From Solirubrobacterales bacterium (GTDB lineage Bacteria > Actinomycetota > Thermoleophilia > Solirubrobacterales > JACPNS01): a stretch of 64,000 nucleotides of DNA. Both the position numbers and the translations under genes were made by a program. The notes below the pieces were generated by a model that made no database searches, was not told where the DNA came from, and saw only the letters and a program-made list of their open reading frames with translations. Position 1 is the first letter of the stretch, and every line of letters begins with the position of its first letter. The DNA lies in contig JBOGYW010000001.1 of NCBI GenBank assembly GCA_050696815.1, forward strand, positions 325-64,324, written 5' to 3'. This document shows positions 43,293 to 53,700 of this stretch, piece after piece.

Positions 43293-43309
43293 GTTCTCGC
43301 GCGTCGAGA

Positions 43310-43479
43310 TCGGTTAGAACGTCGACATCGAATCCGTACTCGTCCGTGGCGAGAACTTCGGCGATCTCGATCGCGTCCGCAACGCAAAGTCCGAGGTTCG
43401 GAAGATCCGTGCGCGAGTAGTCGTCGATGCCGACAACGAGTGCTTTACGAAACAGGTTGCCGAGTGCGCCCGATTCCAC
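43310..43479 (-). pseudogene. Detached N-terminal fragment of the caspase-like domain (frameshifted relative to 41217..43292)
   Basis: ORF 43138..43479 begins MESGALGNLFRKALVVGIDDYSRTDLPNLGLCVADAIEIAEVLATDEYGFDVDVLTD, a typical first strand and helix of a caspase fold, then turns into Arg-rich nonsense. The 691-aa frame carries a TAA at 43315-43317 just upstream of ...STRENVLAVMSDFADG. A 1-nt indel near 43295-43312 therefore separates the two parts. Confidence 0.55.
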
Positions 43480-43546
43480 GGTCGGAAATATACATTTTCA
43501 GACGCTCAAATGCGTTACTGCTCAGTAGGCGAGGTTTTGGTCAGTG

Positions 43547-44494
43547 CTACTTACCGCGGTAAGCCCGAATCCGCCCACCGTACTCATCTGAGTTGCTCTC
43601 GTAGAGCCCGTTGACCAGGCCCTGAACAATTGCCAGCAGCGCGGTGTGCGAACGCACGAACGACGGGCTGGTCGACGAGTAGTAGATGTGGTGGGTCGAA
43701 AGCTTTGCGATCTCGCTCATCGAGGCATCGGTGATGCTGATCGAACGGGCGCCGCGGGTGTTCGCCAGGCGCATCGCGCGGGTGACGATCGTGTGCGGGC
43801 GGCCGGCGCAGAAGGTGATCACGAGGGTGTCCTCGTCGATCCGCGCGACGCGCGAAATCGAGTCCTGCGACGGGCTGGCCACCAGCTCACAACGGTGGTC
43901 GAGCAGCATCAGCATGTGCCGCAGGTAAGAGGCGAAGAATGCCATCTGGTCGGTGCCGACGACGATGATCTGACGCGCGCCTTTGATCGCGTCGACCGCG
44001 GCTTCGAAGGTGGCACGGTCCATCCGGCGCGCCGTCTCCTCGATGTTGATCTGGTCCGCCGCCACGACCGACTCCGCCGCCGTCGGATCCAAGCCGAACA
44101 AAGTTCCGTTTCCGCCCGTCTCCTGCTCGCGGCGCGTCGCGCGGTACTCCTCGCGTGCGGCGGTCTGCAGTTCCGGGAATCCCTCAAATCCAAGCGCCTG
44201 GCTGAAGCGCACGACGGTCGACGACGAGGTCTGCACCTGCGCGGCGAGCTGCTCGGCAGTCTGGAACGCCGACTCTTCGAGGTGATCGATGATGTAAAGC
44301 GCGACATCGCGCTGGGCGCGCGAGCAACCTTCGAGCTTGCCGCGAATCAATTCGCTCAGGGTGAGCGGCTTCGCAGCTTCGGACTTGGCGGCCTTGCTGG
44401 CCTTGATCGGAGAGTCCGCCTTCGCGGCGGTCTCGTTCTTTACGCGCTTTGTGGCCGTAGCCTGAGGCTTCTCGGCGATGGTTGCTTGCTTCAT
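43547..44494 (-). CDS. MurR/RpiR-family transcriptional regulator (HTH plus SIS domain) with a Lys/Ala-rich N-terminal tail
   Basis: 315 aa. RpiR-type HTH (CSRAQRDVALYIIDHLEESAFQTAEQLAAQVQTSSSTVVRFSQALGFEGFPELQ) and SIS domain (ARQIIVVGTDQMAFFASYL...VITFCAGRPHT). Confidence 0.9.
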   Translation of the reverse strand: MKQATIAEKPQATATKRVKNETAAKADSPIKASKAAKSEAAKPLTLSELIRGKLEGCSRAQRDVALYIIDHLEESAFQTAEQLAAQVQTSSSTVVRFSQALGFEGFPELQTAAREEYRATRREQETGGNGTLFGLDPTAAESVVAADQINIEETARRMDRATFEAAVDAIKGARQIIVVGTDQMAFFASYLRHMLMLLDHRCELVASPSQDSISRVARIDEDTLVITFCAGRPHTIVTRAMRLANTRGARSISITDASMSEIAKLSTHHIYYSSTSPSFVRSHTALLAIVQGLVNGLYESNSDEYGGRIRAYRGK

Positions 44495-44790
44495 GGGGCG
44501 GTTTTTCGCCTTACCGCAAACATTCCCTTCCGCAGATCAATCCATCGGACAGAAAAATCGCTGGAAATCTACTGATAACTCACATGGGATGGGCGTCCAC
44601 CGCAATTTTGAGTGAGTTTTCCCATTCGGGTCGTGTTGAGCCTACGTTTGGACGATAAGTCGATGAACCGTTCTTTTTGAACCGCGACTTCGCGGCTGGA
44701 ACGGGTTCAACGGTTGCAGACAGTTGCCGGCAGACGCGGCAATCAACCGTCAGGCAGACAAACCCCCCAACAGGACAGAGGACAGTTGGC
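44495..44790. promoter_or_regulatory. Divergent control region between the RpiR regulator and the giant adhesin-like gene
   Basis: A ~300-bp lower-GC gap. Inverted repeats CCGCGA-CT-TCGCGG (44682-44695) and TTGCCG-GCAGACG-CGGCAA (44724-44742). GAACCGTT / AACGGTTg half-sites. RBS-like GGACAGAGGA lies before ATG 44791. Confidence 0.3.
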
Positions 44791-47700
44791 ATGACGCCCC
44801 AGCTCGCTATGCGGAATTCGCTTTCGCGCACGCTCGTATTTGTTTTCGCGGTACTGATCGCGACGCTCGCCTTCTCGGCTACCGCCTTCGGTGAGGCGGA
44901 CACGTTTCTCAACGGAGACGGTCACGACGGCAACCCCGGACCGCTCGCGGCAGGCACCACGGTGCCGAACGCGGTCGCCCCGGTTTCCGGCGCGGTCAGC
45001 GCCGGCGCGACCTCGTTGACGATCGGCACGGTCCGTGCCGGCTCCGGCACAGGCGCAGTCACGTTTGCGAACAGCCGTCTGGTGATCGTGTACCAGTCGA
45101 CGGGCTTCAGTGGATCGCCGACGAGCGGCGACCAGACAACCGCGGACATCACTTCCCAAGGCGTCGGTAAGTGGGAGTTCGCGCGTATCTCGACCTTTGC
45201 GAGCCCGACCCTCAACTTCACCAATCCTCTGATCAACTCGTACGCGGCCGGCAGCACGCAGGTGATCGCGGTGCCGGAGTACTCGGCGCTGACCGTCAGC
45301 AACGCGGGCCGCAACATCAACGCGCAGGCCTGGGACGGCACCAGCGGCGGCATCGTCACCTTCCTGGTTCAGGGCACGCTCTCTTTCACTGCGGCCGGCA
45401 CGGTCTCGGCGAACTCGCTTGGATATCGCGGCGCCGTCAGCTACCTGAACGACACGACCAGCGTCCTCGGCTGCACGCAGAACAACGGCAACGGCACCAC
45501 CAACCCGGCCGGCATGAAGGGTGAGGGCATCTATCCCTCCGCCTTCAGCACCACCACGCCCGCCGGCAACATCTTGTACGAAGGCCGCGGCAACTACTTG
45601 AACGCCGGAGCGGGTGGAGACTGCTTCAACGCTTCCGGCGGTGGCGGTGGCAACGGTGGCGCCGGCGGTAAGGGCGGCACCACGCTCGCCGGTTACGACG
45701 GCGCGCGTGACTTTGGCGGCCTCGGCGGCGTCGGACTGACTTACAACGCCTACCAGCAGATGGTCTTCGGCGGCGGCGGCGGCGCGGGCGACCGCAACAA
45801 CGCCGACCCGGGCACCGGCGGCGCAGGCGGCGGAATCGTGCTCGTGCGCGGCGCCACGCTTACAGGCACGGCGAACTTCCAGGCCAACGGCGGCGCAGGC
45901 GTCGCCGGCAACGCAGTTTCGAGCCCGTACGACGGCTCCGGCGGCGGTGGCGCCGGCGGAACCGTGCTCGTGCGCTTCCAGAACGGCGTTGCCTGTACCG
46001 GCGCGACCGCCAACGGCGGCGTCGGTGGAAACAACGGCAACAACGGCTCGTACACCTGGTCACCGGCCGGTGGCGGTGGCGGTGGCAAGGTCTACGTGCA
46101 GGGCACGTCGGCCGGCAGCTGCCCCGGAACCGCTTCCGGTGGCGCGAACGGCACTACTCAGGGCGGCGCCGCAAACGGCGCAGTCGCCGGTGGCGCCGGA
46201 GCAACGACTTCGAACACGACCGGCATCGTCGCGCCGACCGGCGCGGTCACCGCGCCGACGGCCAGCCAGTACCTCGCCACGGCGACCCCGACCTTCAGCG
46301 GTACCTCGACCAACAACGCGACGATCTACGTCTACGTCGACAACGTCTACGTCGGCACGACGACCGCCAATGGCAGCGGCAACTGGAGCTACGTCTCCGC
46401 CTCGCTGACCAACGCAGGCCACAACGTAAAGATCCGCCCCGAGCTCGCCGGTATTTCCGGCGCGACGACCTCGAATGTGGCCTTCACGGTTGACACAGTC
46501 ACCCCGACGATCAGCGTCACTTCACCCGCCAACGGCGCGACGGTCAACACTGCCACCCCGACTCTGACTTTCTCAGTGACCGAAACGAACACGGGCACGA
46601 CTCAGTGTTCAATCGACAGCGGCGCCTACGCCGCCTGTAGCTCGGGAAGCGCCATGGCCTCCTTGTCGAACGCCAGCCACACGGTTGCGGTGCGACACAC
46701 CGACCTCGCCGGCAACGTCGGCACAACCACCAACACCTTCACGGTCGACACGGTCAACCCGGTCGTCACGATCAGCGCGCCGACGGCGAGCCAGTACGTG
46801 GCCACCGCCACGCCGGGCGTCACCTTCAGCGTCGCGGATGCGACCGCCACGACCACCCAGTGCTCCGTTGACGGCGGCGCCTACAGCGCCTGCACCTCGG
46901 TGTTCACGACCGGCTCGCTCTCTAACGCCGCGCACAGCGTTGCGGTCCGTGCGACCGACGCCGCCGGCAACCAGGGCACGACGACGCGCAACTTCACCGT
47001 CGACACCGTCTTCCCGGTCGTCACGATCAGCGCGCCGACGGCAGGCGCCAACCTGAACACGGCGACGCCGACGATCACCTTCAGCGTCACCGAGACGAAT
47101 ACCGGCACCACGACCTGCTCGGTCGACGGCGGCTCCTTCGCCGCCTGCAGCTCGCCGTTCACCACGGGCACGCTGACCGACGGACCGCACACCGTGCAGG
47201 TCCGTCACACCGACCTTGCCGGAAACCAGACCACTTCGTCGCGCAGCTTCAACACCGACACGAGCCTCCCGGCGGCGCCGAACATCACGACGCCGGCCGG
47301 CAACATCACCACCAGCAACGCCACGCCGGCGATCAGCGGCACGGCCGAAGCCAACAGCACGGTCACGATCTACGACGGTGCGTCTTCGATCGGCACCACA
47401 ACGGCCGACGGCAGCGGCAACTGGAGCTTCACTCCGGGCAGCGCGCTCAGCAACGCCGCGCACGTGATCACGGCGCGCGCCACTGACGCCGCCACCAACC
47501 AGGGCCCGGCATCGGCGTCGCGCACGATCACGGTTGACACGATCAACCCGGTCGTCACGATCAGCGCCCCGACCGCAAGCCAGTACGTGGCCACCGCCAC
47601 CCCGGGCGTCACCTTCAGCGTCGCGGACGCGACCGCCACAACCACGCAGTGCAGCGTCGACGGCGGCGCCTACGCCGCGTGCACCTCGGTCTTCACGACC

Positions 47701-50700
47701 GGCACGCTCACCAACGCCGCCCACAGCGTCGCTGTTCGCGCAACCGACGCGGCCGGCAACCAGGGCACGACCACTCGCAACTTCACCGTTGACACGACGG
47801 CGCCGGTCGTGACCGTAACCGCCCCGGCGAACGGTTCGACCGTCGCGACGGCCAACAGCACGATCACCTTCTCGGTCACCGAGACCAACCAGAGCGCAAC
47901 GACCTGCTCAATCGACGGCGGCGCCTACAGCGCCTGCACCAGCGGCGTCACGACGACCGGCTCGCTCGCCGACGGCCCGCACTCGGTTGCCGTCCGCCAC
48001 GTCGACCTCGCGGGCAACTCTGCGACGACGACCAACAACTTCACCGTCGACACGACCAACCCGGTCGTGACGATCAGCTCCCCCACCGCGGCGCAGTACG
48101 TCGCCACGGCTACCCCCTCTGTCAGCTTCAGCGTCGCCGACGCCACGGCTACCACGACGCAGTGCTCGGTCGACGGCGGCGCTTACGCCGCCTGCACGAC
48201 CGGCTTCACCACCGGCACGTTGACCAACGCCGCGCACAGCGTCGCGGTTCGCGCAACCGACGCCGCCGGAAACCAGGGCACGACTACGCGCAACTTCACC
48301 GTTGACACGGTGCTGCCGGTCGTCAACATCAGCGCACCGACGGCCAGTCAGGTCTTCGGCACGAACTCCACGACGATCAGCTTCAGCGTCACCGAGACGA
48401 ACTCGGGCACGACGCAGTGCTCGTTCGACGGCGGCGCCTACAGCGCCTGCAGCACCGGCGTTTCGACCGGCGTGTTGTCCGACGCGGTGCACGACGTGAC
48501 CGTGCGCCACACCGACCTCGCCGGCAACATCGGCAGCTCGACGCGCAGCTTCACGATCGACACGACCAACCCGGTTGTCACGATCAGCTCGCCGACCAAC
48601 GGCCAGGTCGTCAACACCGCCACGCCGGGCATCAGCTTCAGCGTCGCGGACGCGACCACGACGACCACGCAGTGCAGCGTCGACGGAGGCGCCTACAGCG
48701 CCTGCACCTCGGTCTTCACGACCGGCTCGCTGACCGACGCCGCCCACAGCGTCGCGGTCCGCGCCACGGACCAGGCCGGCAACCAGGGCACGACGACCCG
48801 CAACTTCACGGTCGACACGACCTTCCCGACGGTGACGATCCTCACGCCGGCCAACGGCGCGAACCTCAACACCGCAACGCCGACGGTCACCTTCACCGTG
48901 ACCGACAACAACCTGGGCGCTACGACCTGCTCAGTTGATGGTGGCGCCTACAGCGCCTGCAGCAGCCCGTGGACCACGCCGTCGCTGACCGACGGACCGC
49001 ACACCTTGAACGTGCGCCACACCGACGCCGCAGGCAACGTGGCGACCAGCTCGCGCTCGGTCACGATCGACACTTCCTTACCGCTTGCGCCGAACATCAC
49101 GACGCCGAGTGGCAGCATCTACACCACCAACACCACGCCGACGATCAGCGGAACGGCCGAGGCCAACAGCACCGTCACGATCTACGACGGCGTTTCCTCG
49201 ATCGGCACCACGACCGCCGACGGATCCGGCAACTGGACCTTCACTCCGGGCAGCGCGCTCAGCCAGGCCGCCCACTCGATCACCGCTCGCGCAACCGACG
49301 CGGCGAACAACCAGGGCCCGGCATCGGCGGCCCGTTCGATCACGGTGGACACGACCACCCCGGTCGTAAACGTCACGGCTCCGACGGCCGCCCAGGTCTT
49401 CGGTACCAGCTCGACGACAGTCAGCTTCAGCGTCACCGAGACCAATCAGGGCACGACGCAGTGCTCGTTTGACGGCGGCACGTACAACACCTGCGCGACC
49501 GGCGTCTCGACCGGCGTACTGACCGACGGCGGCCACAACGTGACCGTGCGTCACACCGACCTTGCCGGCAACGTCGGCAGCACGACCCGCGCCTTCACGA
49601 TCGACACGACCAACCCGGTCGTCACGATCAGCGCCCCGACGGCGGCCCAGTATGTGAACACGGCCACGCCAGGCGTGACCTTCAGCGTCGCCGACGCAAC
49701 CGCCACCACGACGCAGTGCAGCGTCGATGGCGGCGCTTACGGCGCCTGCACCTCCGTCTTTACGCCGAGCACCCTGTCCGACGCCGCCCACAGCGTCGCG
49801 GTCCGCGCGACCGACGCAGCCGGCAACCAGGGCACGACCACCCGCAACTTCACGGTCGACACGACCAACCCGACCGTGACGATCACTGGCCCGACGGCAG
49901 GCGCGAACCTCAACACCGCCACGCCGAGCATCACCTTCACGGTCGCCGACACGAACCTCGGCACCACGACCTGCTCCGTCGACGGTGGCTCCTTCGCCGC
50001 CTGCAGCTCGCCGTTCACCACGGGCACGCTGACCGACGGCGCACACACCGTGCAGGTCCGCCACACCGACCTCGCCGGCAACGTGACGACTCAGTCGCGC
50101 AGCTTCAACACCGACACGAGCCTCCCGGCGGCGCCGAACATCACGACGCCGGCCGGCAACATCACCACGAACAACGCCACACCGGCGATCAGCGGTACGG
50201 CCGAGGCGAACAGCACCGTCACGATCTACGACGGCGCCAGCTCGATCGGCACCACAACGGCCGACGGCTCCGGCAACTGGAGCTTCACGCCCGGCAGCGC
50301 CCTCAGCGACGCCGCGCACGTGATCACGGCACGCGCCACTGACGCCGCCACCAACCAGGGCCCGGCTTCGGCCTCGCGCACAATCACGATTGACACGATC
50401 AACCCGGTCGTCACGATCAGCGCCCCGACCGCGAGCCAGTACGTGGCCAGCGACACGCCGAGCGTCACGTTCAGCGTCGCCGACGCGACTGCCACGACGA
50501 CGCAGTGCTCCGTTGACGGTGGCGCCTACGCGGCCTGCACGACCGGCTTCACGCCGAGCACGCTGACCGACGGCCCACACAGCGTCGCCGTCCGCGCAAC
50601 TGACGCCGCCGGCAACCAGGGCACGACGACACGCAACTTCACTGTTGACACGACGTTCCCGACGGTGACAATCCTCACCCCGGCGAGCGGCGAAAGCCTC

Positions 50701-53700
50701 AACACTTCAACGCCGACGGTCACCTTCACGGTGAGCGACAGCAACCCGGGCGCAACCACCTGCTCGGTCGACGGCGGCGCGTTCAGCGCCTGCAGCTCGC
50801 CCTTCACCACGCCGACGTTGACCGACGGCCCGCACACCGTTTCGGTACGCCACACCGACGCTGCCGGCAACGCCGCGACGAGCGCGCGCAGCTTCACCGT
50901 TGACACCGGCGCGCCGGCTGCTCCGGTGATCACGACGCCGGCGACGAACATCGTCACGTCGAACACCACGCCGGCGATCAGCGGTACGGCCGAGGCCGAC
51001 ACCACCGTCACCGTCTACGACGGCGCCGCGCCTCTCGGCACCACGACCGCCGACGGCAGCGGCAACTGGAGCTTTACTCCGGGCAGCGCGCTGGCGACCG
51101 GCGCACACTCGATCACTGCGCGTGCAACCGACTCTTCGAACAACCAGGGTCCGGCCTCGAGCAGCCGCACAATCACAGTCGACACGACCGCTCCGGTCGT
51201 GGGTATCAGCTCGCCGACCAGCGGCCAGGTCTTCGGCACCAGTTCGACGACCGTGTCGTTCGGCGTCACCGAGACCAACCCGGGCTTGAGCGAGTGCTCG
51301 ATCGACGGCGGCTCCTACAGCACCTGCAGCACCGGCGTCTCGACCGGCGCGCTCGGGGACGGCCCGCACAACGTCTCGGTGCGCCACACCGACGCGGCCG
51401 GCAACATCGGCACCGCCTCCCGCGGCTTCGTGATCGACACGACCGACCCGGTCGTCACGATCAGCGCCCCGACCGCCGGACAGGTCGTCGGCAGCGCCAC
51501 GCCGGGCATCAGCTTCAGCGTCAGCGACGCCACGAGCACCACCACTCAGTGCTCGGTTGACGGCGGCTCCTACGGGCCATGCAGCTCGGTCTTCACGACC
51601 GGCACGCTGACCGACGGCTCGCACAGCGTCGCGGTGCGCGCGACCGACCAGGGCGGCAACCAGGGCACAACGTCCCGCAGCTTTGTGGTTGACACCACGG
51701 CCCCGAGCGTCACGATCGACTCGCCGGCCGACGGCGCGTACGTCAGCGATGACACGCCGACCGTCACCTTCACAGTTACCGACGACAACCCGGGCACGAC
51801 CGAGTGCGCGGTCGATGGCGGCGCGTTCGCAGCGTGCAGCTCGCCGTTCACTGCCCCGTCGCTGAGCGACGGCCCGCACACGATTGCGGTCCGCCACACC
51901 GACGAAGGCGGCAACGTCACGACCGAGTCGATCACGCTAAACGTCGACACCACCGCCCCGGCGGCTCCGGCGATCACCTCGCCGGCGACGGACATCACGA
52001 CCAGCGACACCACGCCGACCGTCGGCGGTACCGCCGAGGCGAACAGCACCGTCACGATCTACGACGGCGCCACCGCAATCGGCACAACTACCGCAGACGG
52101 CAGCGGCGACTGGACTTTCACGCCGGGCAGCCCGCTCAGCGAGGGCACTCACACCTTCAGCGCGACCGCGACCGACGCGGCCGGCAACGAGGGCACGAGC
52201 TCGAACGACCGCGTGATCACGATCGACACGACCGACCCGTCGGTCTCGATCACCGCACCGGCGACCGACGGCAGCGTGACCGGCGACGACACGCCGGACA
52301 TCACCTTCACTGCAACCGACAGCAGCTCGCTGACGATCGAGTGCTCGGTTGACGGCGGCTCTTACGTGGCCTGCAGCTCGCCGTTCACCACGCCGGCGCT
52401 GACCGACGGCACGCACAGCGTGACGGTGCGCGCAACCGACGACGCGGGCAACACCAGCAGCGACACGCGCAGCTTCGTCGTGGACACCACCGCCCCGATC
52501 GTGAGCATCACCGCTCCGGGCAGCGGCGACGTGATCAGCGACGACACGCCGACCGTCACCTTCACCGTTACCGAAGACAACCCGGGCACGACCGAGTGCT
52601 CGGTCGACGGCGGCGCCTTCGCCCCGTGCAGCTCGCCGTTCACCACGCCGACGCTGACCGACGGACCGCACACCGTGACTGTGCGTCACACCGATGAGGG
52701 CGGCAACGCCTCGACTGATTCACGCAGCTTCACCGTCGACACGACGGCGCCGAACGCTCCGGTGATCACGTCGCCGGCCGCGGACATCTCGACCAGCGAC
52801 ACCACGCCGACTCTCAGCGGCACGGCCGAAGCCAACAGCACCGTCACGATCTACGACGGCGCCACCGCAATCGGCACGACCACCGCTGACGGCAGCGGCG
52901 ACTGGACCTTCACGCCGGGCAGCGCGCTCAGCGAAGGTGACCACATCTTCAGCGCCACCGCGACCGACGCGGCCGGCAACGAGGGCGTGCACTCGAACGA
53001 CCGCACGATCACGATCGACACGACCAACCCGGCAGCGCCGGCCATCACCTCGCCCAGCGGCGACCTGACGACCAGCGACACGACGCCGACGATCAGCGGT
53101 ACGGCCGAGCCGAGCAGCACGGTGACGATTTACGACGACGGCACTGCGATCGGCACCACAACGGCCGACGGCAGCGGCAACTGGAGCTTCACGCCGAGCA
53201 CCCCGCTCAGCGAAGACGACCACCCGCTCACGGCGACTGCCAAGGACGCCGCGGGCAACGAGGGCGACCCCTCCACGGTGCACACGGTCACTATCGACAC
53301 CACCGCACCGAACGTGGCGATCAGCGCCCCGACCGCCGGCCAGCACGTGAACACCGACTCTCCGGAGCTCGACTTCACGGTCACGGATGCAAACGGCCCC
53401 ACGAGCACCTGCTCGATCGACGGCGGTTCGTACAGCGTCTGCGCCAGCGGCGACACGCTCGGCCCGCTCAGCGACGGCAGCCACAGCGTTTCGGTGCGCG
53501 GCACCGACGACGCCGGCAACACCGCGACTGCCTCGCGCAGCTTCGTCGTGGACACCACGCCGCCGGTGACGACGCTCGACGAGACGCCGGACGCGAACGA
53601 CCCGTCAAGCGACGCGACGTTCAAGTTCAGCTCCAACGAGAGTCCGTCCACCTTCGAGTGCCGCGTCGACGGCGGATCCTGGACCCTTTGCACTAGCCCG

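Noticed and set aside
43138-43309. C-terminal two-thirds of the 113-aa ORF 43138..43479.
   Set aside because: After the caspase-like N-terminal segment the frame reads RERACCDVGFRRRRRRGRRNVHFLLRRARW..., which is out-of-frame read-through of the 691-aa gene. Only 43310-43479 looks like genuine coding sequence.
44580-44912. 110-aa minus-strand ORF in the RpiR / giant-gene intergenic region.
   Set aside because: It overlaps the signal-peptide-coding 5' end of the giant gene and the promoter region, and has no motifs or plausible RBS.
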